From the NCBI GenBank assembly GCA_000708835.1, contig DF237527.1, forward strand, positions 1-57,003: a DNA stretch of 57,003 nucleotides, given 5' to 3'. The stretch comes from Klebsormidium nitens. Lineage: Eukaryota; Plantae; Klebsormidiophyceae. The notes under the pieces are model-generated. The model ran no database searches. It saw nothing but the letters and a program-made list of their open reading frames with translations, and was not told the DNA's origin. The translations under genes were made by a program, and so were the position numbers. Shown piece after piece: positions 21,446 to 34,604 of the stretch. How positions within the stretch are numbered: the first letter of the stretch is position 1; every line of letters starts with the position of its first letter.

Positions 21446-23201
21446 AAGTAGATTGTGCAACGTGTCCAGATAAAAGTAAATCGTGCAAGAGACGTGGCAG
21501 AATGTTAGTCAGATGTGGAGAACCGACGCCTCAGCAAGAGCTCAAGCTTGTGTAGCTCAATGTCTTTCCTCTCTTGCTCTTTCAACAAGGTTAATGTCTC
21601 TAGACATCGGCCATGCTGAATTGCAGAGAACCAAGTCTCTGGTGTAAGCATGTCTTGATGGTACATAAACATACCCAATTGCCCGAGTGAAGCCCGGGAT
21701 TCGCAGCATACAGTCGTGTGCTTTCCCATGAAGACTTTCCGCAATCACGCTTTTGAGTGGGGTCTCAAAGGTTCCGAGGAAACACGATTGTATCGTATGA
21801 CATTGCTTAAATATTACGGGCGCGAGAAGCCAATCAACCTCATATTTTATGCGGACCTTTAGTCGATGCTGCTATCATTTGCTTATGACAACAATGTGTA
21901 ATTAAGTCAAAGGTCTGATAATGACCATGCAGATTTGCTGTTGGCCTACATGCATGAGTGGGTGGTTCGACATCTCCTTCCCTACTATATGAAGGTTAGG
22001 CTTTGGGCACATCCGATCCCTCGCGAAGCTTGGTCAACACTCCTGCAACCTGGCTGTCTACGTCCACCGCAGTCCTTTTGAATATGATGTGCAAGCATAC
22101 TGCGGCGATGCTAGAATATCAGCATCCATCACTCTCCCCTAGCTCCGCCCCTCAGTCTCTCGGCGAAAAGATGCCCCTCGCCTTTCGGCGGATGCTGAAC
22201 ACCCCAGTCTCGCAGGATGAAGTACAGCGTACCTCAAATGCCATCATGCGTCACCGTGTGCGCTTTCCACCTTGGGAACAGAGTATGCTTCGACACTAAG
22301 CAACTCCTTGACGCACTCACACCGCCGATCGAATCCCCGGGTGAGGAACGCCCAGCAACACTGTGGTGAACCACTGATACGTGAACCGCAGTGCATGCCT
22401 GAAGAGTTTTTTCAGTTCCGAACTTAGCGTTTTCGCAGTTCAGGGTACCCCCCGGGCTCCGGAGCCGGCGAGCCTGGGCGACCAGGTTGCGGAGGCAAAG
22501 CCTTCCAAGCGAAAGGGGGGGGCACGTGGCGGCCTTAGAGTGGTTGGTTTTATGCCGTTCAACAGATGGTTAGTTGGGTTAATTTGAGCTCTTCAATTAA
22601 ACTTCAAAGTTCAAATTTCGAAGGGAAGGAACTTTTCAGCGACCTGCGAAAAGGAATTTACTGTACGTTCATGCCCATTTAGGGTTTCGCCTCTTAGAAC
22701 CTATTTGCAGGGTTGGTTGTGCAGGCCATCTGAAGGATCCCAGCCGTCTGATGTCGCGCGCGCTCTCTCGGTATGAGGTGGTCTGTCTGGGGCTAGTCAG
22801 GAATCGGGCAGAAAATCGCAGAGGACCCAACTTTCCTCCAACTCCAAGCCCAGATACAGAAAGCGACGGGAGTACAGGGACTGGCTAAAGAGATCCAGAG
22901 AAAGGCGTCGCAATATACCTATGATTAAATTTACGGGTCTTGATTACGGAAGCCGCAAAGTTCTACTGTTGGTCAGGAGCCCGTCGACAGGAGCGCCGCT
23001 TGCAGGCAAACCAACTCACAGCGTGCTCACAGCGGGCGAGCAGTTTGGCGCAACTCTGAGGAGTAGGACTCGAGGATCCTCAGAGGCGGGGGGCTGAGCA
23101 TCAGAAGACTCGCGGAATAGAGGCAGTGGTAATTAGTTGCAAAAAGGGAGCAGCAGTTTACAGCTGTAGTCAATTCGGGCGTAGCGCGGGAGGCCGCAAA
23201 C

Positions 23202-25026
23202 ATGGAACAAAGGGCGAGGCTTTTGCTTGGCTTTGCGTTGCTCGCTGCGGCCGCAAGCGTCGGTGAGATCTCACACCAATTTCCGGGCTGTTCGTTTCGG
23301 CTCTTGCTTCTATGAGCATTGCCAAGGGTATGTTCGTCATAAGTAGCATATGCTATCGCGCGCTTCTGATTTGGGTCTGAGTCATCCGATCAGAAAGCCA
23401 TTGTGAAATGGATGGGGCAGCATTGCAAGGTACTGGACTCACCATGGAGTGAATTACTTACACAACATGGAATCCCACTCAAAAAGCTTGCTTCGTTGCT
23501 TGTCCAGGGCAGCATTAGGTTCTGCAGAGTCTCACTCGCCGACAGTTTATCTTCTACTCTGGATTCTTGAAGCATCCTTGCTCTTCAGACCACAGCTTTT
23601 GGCTATGATTGAAGTCAGTGAAGACGCAAACAGCTCAACGAGGCTGCATAGCTGCCAAGATGGTCAGATTAGAAGCCGCCAACATGGCACAGCCAGAACT
23701 TTCCAATTGCCCTGCCACAGCGGATGCTCCTCGTGAACGGAATGTCAGCATCAAATTGACACAGCTTAAACAGTTCTGCCCCTGTCTATCGCCATCAGTT
23801 CTTGCGGTGACAAGACGTGCAAGCAACGGAGCTCTTGGTTGCAGCTGCTGAGATACTTCGAAGGTCGAACGTGGGGTACAAAAGCCCATGCAGTTGTTGG
23901 GGCTTCCAATAAGTATTCTTTGGACCAAGCAGGGCTCTGCAGAACCGCAGTGGTACAGTCCTCCACGTATTTAGGAGCTCCTGGCAATAGCATTTTGCTG
24001 ATGGTGGATTGAGGAGCGCCAATTTCCAATGACTTGGTTCTTGAGCTGCCTTTTACCCCTTACACCATCCTAAACGTCTTTCGTCAGACTTCAGGCTTGA
24101 CAAGCTCATCAAATCACGTTCTCTTTCGTTTCCAGGATATGCCCAGAGTTCCGAACAGGAGCCTTACCTCGTCTTTCCAGGTGAGACTCGGAGCCCCGAA
24201 TAATCTGCGTCTTAGAGTCTCCTTTGTTCCAGCTTCCTCTGAATCATGACAGGACCATTAAAGTAAGTAGGTTGTTGGCAAGACACCTACTTCAGGTTTG
24301 AAAGGCATTGCTAGAGTATCTTTGACGAGCTTTGGCAGATTTCTATGGGTTACTTGGTCCAATACAAAGGTATGATCTTAAGCCATTTACTCCCACCTTC
24401 TTCACGACCCACCCCTAAGGCATCCAGTGCACGTGCAACTGCAGAAAAAGCCCCCGCACGGTCCTAGGATTAGTAAGCACCACCAGCCGTCACTGTCTGA
24501 AGAAGGGCAGCCACTACGAGTTGGAAAAAGTAGCATAGCGAGCGCCAAACTTGAAGAGCTAACGAGGGTGTACATGGACACGCTTACAACTATCTGACGT
24601 AGGAGGGCCACTGTGCACTGTGCGCCCCTTAGCTCTTTTGTCACCTGAAGCCGTTTGTTTCTGCCCGAGCATAAGATGCTGATTAAGGGTGACCGGTGCT
24701 GACGGAAGATCGCTCCAGAAGGTGACACGCCCTTTCTAGTCAAGCGCTTGATTCAATCCCGATTCAATTGACGGTACGTGCTTCTGACTTTGACAGGCGG
24801 CCAGGGCCCCTTCATTCCGCACAAGCCGCCTCGGAAGGACGGCATCAGCCCGAATGCTTCGGCGGGTTTCATCACCGGTTTCTCCATCGTGTTCTGCGTC
24901 CTACTGCTGCTGACGACGGCCGTCATCAAGCTGTATGCTGACGTCAAGCGGCTCCGGGCTGATGTGGATGCCCACCGCGCACAGGAGGAGAGCCGGCTGA
25001 TCCTTTCGGGGGGGGGCAAGTTCTGA
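23202..25026 (+). CDS. Small single-pass membrane protein (signal peptide + TM), 2-exon model
   Basis: Exon 1 (23202-23262) reads MEQRARLLLGFALLAAAASV with a phase-1 GTGAG donor. Exon 2 (24797-25026) follows ttgacag in phase 1 and has a hydrophobic FITGFSIVFCVLLLLTTAVIKLY segment plus a basic tail. Internal exons cannot be excluded. Confidence 0.55.
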
Positions 25027-26738
25027 CCTGGTTGAGCACGATTCCGTTAGTTGAGGCTTCTATCTAACTTAGCTGATGAGTGTCAATACCACTATGTTGA
25101 ATACCCCAATTCAGTTGAGAGCTCCGCGTCTGGCGAAAGCTCGTTAGTTATTACCCACTGGAATTCAATAGCTGGCCGTTGCTTCCGTAAGAAAGTCAAA
25201 TGACTTGAACGATCGTAAGTCGATGCTCGTCTCTCGGGTTTTCACGGCAGCTTGTAGAATGAACACTCTGTGCATCTGTGCCAGCATTGAACACCACACT
25301 GGGACAGCTAGCAGCAGCAATGCTAGCTCGACCCCGGGCCCAAGAGGAACAGTACTTGAGATTGTCTTATGATAGTCCTGGCACTCCTACAAGCGCTTAT
25401 CATGTGCCAAAATAGCTTGATACCATCTCGGCCCAGTCGATCGATCAGACGGATCCGACGTACACCTTGAACTTAGCTGTCGCGTGGCAGTGGCAGCACA
25501 TGACTTAATTTGAGTTCTTGCATGTACCGTACTGCTATTTGATTTCGGCAACTTCGACGCCGAAAAATTAATCATAAAACTTTCTATCCTTTCGGCAGAC
25601 CTAGTATTACATGCTAAAACATACATTATCGACCATTATCGCTCCAAAATATTTTCCAGCGGAATTCGGCATGGCACATAATTATTTATTTTCTGCCGAA
25701 ATTACGTAGCAATACGGTAAGCTAAATCCTCAAAACCGGCCGGGCCCGCATGCTGATCATGACTCAGACTCAGTGGGCCTGGCTAGCCAATGCTGCATGT
25801 CGTGGCTGGCCAGCCCGGACACGGAGAGCTCACTTGGAACGTGACCGTCCGACCACTGTGGTCGATCGAAGTAGCGTCGATCCAGCGCGGCGTGAACGTG
25901 CACGGCATTATTGAATCACCGTCATATTCAATCATGCAATGGGTCATGTTGGCGGCCGCCGCCCCCGCGCATTCTGTGAATCATTGAAGTGACTCCGATG
26001 ATGAATGCATGTCGGACTTGGTGAATGATAAGTTTCAATCATTCCGACGTGGTCAGCCTGTATAGTCAATGTTGCTCGCAATCATGGTCAGCTGCACTGC
26101 CGCCCACGTATTGACCAATGAACTTAGTATACGTCACTAGCTGCATCGAAAATATATACTCAGTGTCGTTGGCCGGCCAGCTTGACGTACGAATGATGCC
26201 ATGGCATCCGATCATGTGCGTTTGGGCGTGTACAAGCTTTGCAGGGGTTGATTCGGCGGCCTGAGTGACTAGCTCAAGTACACTGACAAACGTCAGACAC
26301 GTCCAACGATCGAAGGGCCGGCGCCGCGGCCAGGCCGCCGTCCGACTTTGGCGACGTTTAGGCACGATCGCACTGGTGAGTCATTCAGTACGTGAAACTT
26401 GCACCATCATGTCAGATGATACCTCTGAATCCGGGGGGTTAGTGAGGTCTTCTTGCGAAGTTCTAAAACGCGGCGCGCACTCCTGCAATCCGACCGACAA
26501 TCCGACCAATGATCATCAGTGATCTCATCTCAGATGTAACATCCATGGTCCATGCTGATCAGGCCCCGACCCAAGAGTAAATGCACGTTACTCATTTGTT
26601 TAGCTAAGCTCAAAGTAGAGAGGCCGGACGTTTTGTCCCTCTCATTCGCGAACCAATCTTCCAAGAAGCATATCAATCTTAACGCAAGTAGTTTGGCGAC
26701 CAACTTGACGGCCCAGCCAGGGGTATCTATGCGTGCTA

Positions 26739-29700
26739 TTACCACGCTAGTGGCACGGGCCCGGTCTGGAAGAGGTCGCCCTCAATTTGCCGGATGCTCG
26801 TGCACACTCGATTGCATACCGCAATCGCCGCATCCTGCGCAATGAAGGTAGAGTACAGCATCAGGCACACGGTCACAAATCTTCCGAGTTTGTAGGACAT
26901 GCTTAGTATTGTTCGTAGTGTGACGAACGGCAGACCAATCTCCACAGTATGGCATCAGAGGGATCCAGTTTCGGACTCTGATTGTAAGCTCAGACTTTCA
27001 TCTGGAAGGAGGCACCTTAGAAGGAGACTCGCAGCTCGCAACTTCAAATGACAGCCGTTGAAGGCTAACTGCACCTCCAGTGACAAAGAAACACCAAAAA
27101 GTCATTGGGCGACACATTGGCCCGCATACGCGGGCCTCGCTACTGCCCCACAAGGAAATTCTACTCCTTGCGCGTCAAAACAGATATGAAGGAGGCCATT
27201 TCAAAATGAAGGACAACATACGTCTTCGGCCTGTATGTGCATTTGCAAGACGGTCACTTCTTTCTGGCTGCGATCCTTCAGTGGCGGACTTTGTTGGGAG
27301 CGAAACGTTGCAGAATTGGTGGCAGCTGAACAGCCCAAGAATCAGTTGGCCAAACTTGAAAGCTCTCCCACATCTTACCTTGTCAGCCAACGGATCGAAG
27401 ACGGCATAAAAGTCGAAGTCGCTGGTACTCCATGCCAGCATCACTGCAGACAACGAGGGAGGATAATATGTGAGAATGCATCTTCGGCCGTTCTACGTTT
27501 CAAAACCTTGCGCCCCAGACGGTTTTGTGTTGCCTTTTTATCGAGGTCCATTCGAATTTAGCAATGCCCCAGATTCGGAAAGGAAATTCGTAGCCTGAGG
27601 AAAAAAGATGACGCTGATCTGAATTTCCCTGCAGTTGTTACACCTTTAAAAAAGCGACCCGGGAAATAAGGCCGACCAAATGCCCACGAGAACAAAGTCC
27701 ACTGTATGCATGCAGGGAAGTAGGTACAGCCACCGTCAGAACGAACACGAACTTTTGAACAAGCCCACGAAAAAGGATTTTCGGCTGCACTCATAAGGCA
27801 AAGCGCACAATGCACCATTGAACGAAGACGCTATGTTCCAGGCAGGTTTTTAGAAGCTGCTAACCTGCTTCGCAGCCGGCTTACTAAGGGCCGAAATATC
27901 CGTCTTTAACCATGGATATATTTTCTGAAATAGTTCCAACAAGATTGACTCAGGAGCATGCAGTTTTGAGGCGACTCACCGAACTCGCTGTCCCGCCGGT
28001 ACTGCATCCGATGCGGCCCCGACTTTGCCCCGTCCCCTTGCATTGACGCAAGCAGCCGCTGATAGGTTTGAAAGACTCTGCAACCCAAAACCAGTGTTAT
28101 AGTCCCTGAGGCGTAAGCTTTGCTTACACATCTCGTAGGGTACCACCGTTGTGCAGCTATTTCGACCTTCTCGGCTGATCAAGCGCGGTGGAAATGACCA
28201 TCTCGGTTTGCTCGGGCTGAAACCGTGCTGAGTCAGCGCTACCACTCACACTCTCCAGATAAAGATACATGCAGCGGTAATGCCTTTCTCTCTGAAGAAC
28301 TCCGTCGGTCACCATGAAAAGGAAGAAGCAGTGAGCAGCATCGGCACATTAACCCCGTCACAAAAGGCTGTCGTCATTGCACGAAACCTTGCCATTTCCA
28401 GACGGCCTTGGGAACATGCGGTTTTAGCGCTTTGATCAAACCACGCAAGATATATCACAGATATCCGAAATTCTTACTCGAAAGAGACGGAGTCCGCCAG
28501 AATTTGGATTCTCGTATTCCTTCTCCGCCCTGGTAACCAAGGAGAATTTTGAACCGCTCTGGTATTGAGCGAAGTAGAGTAACGGAAGACCATGCACATG
28601 TCGATTCATATTTTCCAAAACATAAAGAATGACGTCAGGAAGAAGGCACCTCTCACCGTTTCTGTGCGGCTCTAGTTTCAAGCGGGGGAGAGTACTCGGA
28701 CGCTAGGTACTGGTCGACCGCCGTGTGCCGGTACAGAAAGTGCCATATCCCTGCCGGGCCACCCAAACCCGCGGATAAACCCTCGTCCCGCGAACGCCCT
28801 GGCCCCCAACGCCCGCTTGTGCTGCACACAGAAGATAACTTTCTCCAAAAGGCAGTGAAGAGCGGCGGTATAAAATGGTGCTAGTCTACCAAGGCCACGG
28901 CTCCTGATTTCGTTACAGCGAACTGGATCGAACAGGTCCACGGTTCTGCGAGTCGTAGCCTCGCGCACTGCACCCAACATTGTGAAAAGACCGCGTTGTG
29001 TGAACATCCCAGGATCGCAGAATCGACGAGGGATCTTTGCCCAGTTTCGATAACCCGAGTATGGAGTGTGGCCGCAAAGTGATGCAACCGGGCCGCCGCA
29101 AAAGTGTAGTGCAACCTCGAGACTCTACCTGTGAACAGCTCTACTGCAAACTGCATGGTGCATGGTGCTTTGTCAACCCTTGGCTCCAATGAACGCACTT
29201 CGGACATGGTGTTTCCGTAGATAGAGAAAGAATAATTGCATGTTACTGTCGCAAAATTGCTTCACTGCCGTAGTCGAAGATAACGGCAACAAAGTAGATT
29301 GAGCTTGAGCGACGTGGGTCTATCTCGAGGGGTTGATCGGAGTCCGGAGAGTATTGAAAGTTGAGCGCTGCAAGCCAATTTCTTAGACCAAAACTTAGAA
29401 ATCACGCTATAAGGAGGTTAGCTTTCAAACACCTGGCATCGCCTGAGGCCGTCTGTTTCTGCCGCAGCGTGTGATTGGACGCTGTTATGGAAGAACGAGA
29501 AGACGGCAGACTCCCGATGCCCTCCCCGGTTTCTGTACCCGCCGCGAGCCGCCTCTGCGCAGCCGCGCTCGCGCTCGGAACCTCCTCCACTCGCAGGCCG
29601 CCACGTGTCACCGCGGCGGCCACCTCTCGGAATACGCCCGTGATGCGTAGTGACTGCTCAATGTGCGCCCTGGCAGAGGAGTGATGTCAAATGAAGCACG

Positions 29701-32700
29701 ACCAAGATTTGCATAAGACAACGAGGGCCTTTGATGTACAAAATGAGAGCAGTAAAGTGTCAAAACCTTAGTCAGGTAGCGCCGAGGTCCAATGATAGTG
29801 GCGTCACACAGAACACGTTGCATGGCATGTTGCAAGGATATCTAACAAGAAACTTGACGATAGACTTTCTTGAGAGATGATCAATCGCAGACGAGTCCGA
29901 ATGGACCAACGAATAGATTATGAGGCAGGGCCAACAAAAGCTTGACAAAGCTCAGTTCAAGCAATCCGTCTAAACATGATATCTGTGCACAAACATCGTC
30001 ACCAGTACAGTCACGGGTAACCAAACGTCCTACTGCTCAAACACAGGTGCGTCAGACGTGTTGCTTCACGTGAAGGAAACCAAGCCTGCATTGTCTACCG
30101 CATATGACAGTGGAAGTCGGACTCAATCGCCAAGGTCAGCGGGCCGGCTTAACAATCAACCGGACAGCCATCTCCGATGTTCTACAAAGTCGTCCGACGG
30201 AGGGACAGAGAAGAGGTTTACAGACACCTGCGAAGAAAGCCCGTCAACCCTGGACGAAAACGCATCGACACCCCACCTGCACTCCTTGAGGTGGAAGAAG
30301 CCGTCCTGCTGTGACGTCAGCAGGACGAGGCACACCTCCGGCTCCAGGTAGCCCACATACGCGTACAGGAACGCGGACGGGTTGTACCGGTACAAGCAGA
30401 GCGGTACGAAGCTCTCGGACGTCCGGAACGACTCCGAGGCGCCCACGAAGTTGCACAGCAGGAGCACGTCGTCCGGGTGGGGGGGGGTCCGCCGTGGGGC
30501 AACCAGGCTGATGATCTTGCCCGCTGGAGCGAGAAGAAGGCCGAACACAAGCCCCGGGGAGGCGATCTCTTGCAGGGCGACGCCTGCGGCCTGACGCGCG
30601 GCGTAAGGGAGGGGGAGGCACGTGAAGGCACGAAGCAGGACAGCATAGTCCCTGCAGAACCCAGTTTAGAACCTCAGACTTTCAGAGTCTTACCTATAAG
30701 CTTTCCCAATGTTCAGAATTTGCGATTTCATATTCATGACTGCAGCCCGTTTTTATAAGACCCCAGCGCTCCTTGTCTGAACTCTCAACTCAGAAACACC
30801 CTGTTGTACGAAAGCACCCCTTGTTGAGTACGCTCTTTGCACAGTCTACTTGTTCCGCACTCCACAGATAACGGGTGCCCCTGACACCTGGACACCCTAA
30901 AACGCGCTACTGTTCATAAACGTGAATTGCTGATCATGTGATTCTGCATGTGCTCAATGCGAAACCAGCTGAATAACGTGCATCGGTGGTGCGAAGACCC
31001 TTGTTTGTAACCATCACTTCAATTCTGCTAAGTGTGCCATGGAAAGAGGCGCCCTCTCGTCAGCAGCTCGCTGTCGCAAACCCATAGCTGAGGCCCTTTC
31101 GAGGGGAGGGCTCGAGCTTCAAAATGACAACACGTGGTCACCCGAAAACGTTGGAACAGGTTCGGCACAAACCTGCTGCGTTCCGGCAGCAGGGGTTTAG
31201 GTCGGACGTTCTGTCCGATAAATGGGCGCCCCCTACAACTTGCTTCAAGCTTTAACCACAGCCCAGTTCAAAAGCTTCTCGAAAATGGTCGCTCTCAGAA
31301 AACAATATTTTGGATGGCAGTCTCCTTCTACAAACTTCCCGCTTACGAGAACACTCCCTAGAACGACAGCCCAGCAGCCCGCACTGTAAAGAGCTAACAT
31401 CGAAAGATCTGTAAAACTTCCGTAAATTCACACCTCACCAGCTGAAGACGTAAACCAAGGACGCAAAGACCGGCAACAACTGCATGTCGAACCCTTGCTC
31501 CGGCCAGAACAACAATTCTCAAAACACGCTTCCACTTGTAACAATCACTCGCGAAAAAACGCTTCTTTCAGCGCAAACCCACCAGCCCAACTTTCACACA
31601 GGCCACGTTAGGAAGGTAAGACGGAGATAGAAACGAACGAGCGAACGTAAATGTTGTCTCACCAGCTGAAAACGTGCATCAGAGATGCAAAGACCGGTTC
31701 CGTTCCGCCCAGCAGGGAATGCACGTCAAACTTTTGGTTCCGCCGGAACGTGCGCTCGATTGAGTCGGTGAGGATCGAGATAAGTTGGCCGTACAGCAGG
31801 TCTAGTTTGCGGAGGAGGCTGGACTCAGGCTCGCCGGTTGCTGAGATTGCAACCAGGTAGATGGGACCCCGGGCCATGAAGACTATCTGTGAGTTGAGAT
31901 GATTGGTTCTCAAAACGGGTTCCCAAGTAGAAGAAAAACACACCAGCCAGTTTAAGTTGCATCGGAAGTTATTTGCCAAGGATATCCGGGGGGGAGGATC
32001 ACAATCAGATAGATGTGGCCCCGAACCTTAAAAGACTACCTGCGAGTTCACGTATCGATCAGGGAACCCGAGAGGACAGAAAGAAAAGGGAAGCATACAC
32101 AAAAGGTTCTGACATTCGCTTCGGTGGACCCTGCACAGAAACTGACGAGACCTTAGGCGTCCGCAACCTTTCAGAAGACGAAACTGGTTGACGAAGGGCG
32201 GACAGAAGTAGATCTGCTGTGAATCAATGATTGTGTGATATAAACGACAGAGTCTCGCTCAACCCCATGGCCGATTCTCGCGCGACAAAAACAGACATCG
32301 GGTTTCAACGTTCTCTGGTTGCTTGTCTCCATCGGCCCCATATTGGCCCGGAAAAGGGGTTGTCCCGATACTTGAGAAAGTAAACGAATGGTCTCTTTCT
32401 CTCTTTCAGTCTTTGAAATGGCGGAAAGCAGAGTCTCGAACGACTCGACAAAACTGAACGACCTCCAACAAACTTCAATAAGCGCACATTCCGAGCCGGG
32501 GTTTCTTTTCCCGGAAATTCTGGAAGCTCGCAATCACGGCAGATTTGCGGAAGCCGTGCAAGCAGAAAGCATACCTTGTGGGCGCCAGCGCGTATGCTAT
32601 GTATCGTGTCTTTGCTGTTCTCCACGTATGACATGATTGCTTGCAACGTCGCAGAGAACCCAGCCAGTTTGTGTTCGTCGCCGTACCTGCAAAAATACCC

Positions 32701-34604
32701 AAAGTCAAAACATCCAGGCGCGCTGACCTGTATGAGTTGACTTGAAAGAAGCAGGGGACCGATAAGCCCCTGGCGTGGCCGTTCTTGTGACCGATGCTGT
32801 CATTGCACAAACAAATTGCGCTGCATGCTTTGACAAGCTTTATAACAATCTGCCACCCAAGTCTCTAACCTCAAAACAAGATGTGGTTAAGCTCCATCGC
32901 AGGACAACGCAGAAAGGCGTCTGAAAACGAAAAGCATGAAGAACGCGACCACCTTAGTTTGAACTCCCATCTTCTTATCAGGACAACCTGAACAAACATT
33001 ACACCTGTGGCGGGTCAAGGTTCTCTCCGGCTGGTTTAGGGCAAAAACTTCCAAAAAGGGAAAGTTGGACCGCTTCCATAGCCAATGTACCACAACGTGG
33101 CTCATTGACACCAGAAACCTTCCTGCTGCACCATGAAAGATCCTGAGCACAAGGTTCGGTTGATCGTTGATATGATGCAAAGCAAGAGACTTAATTAGAA
33201 AAGGTAAGATATGATTGGCTCAACATTGGCTTGAAGCGAGCCATCGAGCAAAGTTGATGATGTTTGCTGACCTTGAATAGATGGGCTTCCCTGCATTGCT
33301 CAGGATGAAGAAGTGCCGCTTGCGTTTCCTCCACGATTCTGACGAATCATCCTGCATGAAGGGAAAGGAACCTTATGATAGATCTTGAGAGCGTGGATAA
33401 GGCAGCTGCACAGTATTCAACCTCTCCTGATGCTTTGAAAAGCCTATGAAGAGACGCTTTAATCAATGGCATTGTGCATTGTCTTCGGGTGATGCATCTG
33501 TGGGTTGAACTGCTGTCTACTCCTTGCTTTGCCAAATCATAACGAATGAAGCGCACTGCTTGCACAAACTTTGTCTACGACTCTATTGAGTATAACCAAG
33601 ATTGGGTCCGTTTGGCTACCGGCCATAGCGCGCTCATGAAGCGTGCACAACATAACCATCTCAATATCCAGATGCGCTCAGAATGCACGTGCAACAAACA
33701 AAATCCTCACCTCATCTGTGTGTTTCTTCCCTGGCGTCCAGCAGCCCCCCCGGGCCTCCGCTAGACTACTATCGCTTGTGCTCCGCTCGCTGAGCCCCTC
33801 CACTGCACTGCCGCTGCTGCCCAAGTATCCCTCTCCCACTCCGGGGGGGTCCTCTATCTGCACCCCGTCTGCATCCTGCCCCCCCCGTTGTGATTGCACA
33901 TTGGCGTCCCCAAGCTCTTTATGAATCTCAGGCGAACTTGCTTTGGCAGCGACGGGGGGTGCTTGTAGAATGGCGGAAGACGGCGCGGCCGCCCTTTCGG
34001 CGGGACTGCCTGCCTGGCCGCTTTCTTCATCCGTCCTCTCCGGACGCTGCGTATCAAATCGTTGCGCCCCCCCTTCTCCTCGGTCGATGCTTCCCAACCC
34101 TAATCCCTCTCTTCTGCTCGCGCCGCTATCACTCCCCTGCGCACCTCCCCCCCGTTTCGGTTTCTCCAAGGACCCCCCCTTGGGCAGGCCCGCGAGCGCC
34201 TTCGACGAGCTCTGAAACCGCCCCGGCGGACCCCCCTGGAGCGAAACCATCGGCCCTTCGAGCCCCCCCATCGGGACGTCCAACCGCACCCCCTGCCCTG
34301 CGCCGTTCCGTTTCTTCCGGTGCCTCTTCACACCCGCCGCAGGCCCCCCCTCAGGCTCGCCGACCGCATTCTTCCCCCTGTTTTGGAGCTCGCCCTGGCG
34401 CCTGCGCGGGCGTTGCTCCACCCCCCCGTTGCTTTCCGCGGTGGTTTTGAGCGCTTTGAGGGCCAGCATGACACCGGCCATCGCGGCGGAGGAGGCGGCC
34501 CCTGCCGCTGCCTGGGCGGCGGCCGCGGTCGGGTGGACGGTGTTAGGTCCTGAAGAACCACCATTCTCTCTCTTGCTCTCATTTGGCAGTGGGGGAGGCG
34601 CCAT
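26739..34604 (-). CDS. MON1: Vacuolar fusion protein MON1 (Rab7 GEF subunit), ~10 exons
   Basis: Spliced peptides: [125 protein letters not shown] and AIAVCNRVC...LAW*. All closely resemble plant MON1. The start codon (MAPPPLP) is inferred. Confidence 0.93.

Noticed and set aside
25540-25705. AT-rich stretch with clustered TTCGGCA/TGCCGAA inverted motifs, loosely similar to 56230-56310
   Set aside because: Matches are only 7-9 bp with no definable TIR or TSD, so a MITE call cannot be supported.
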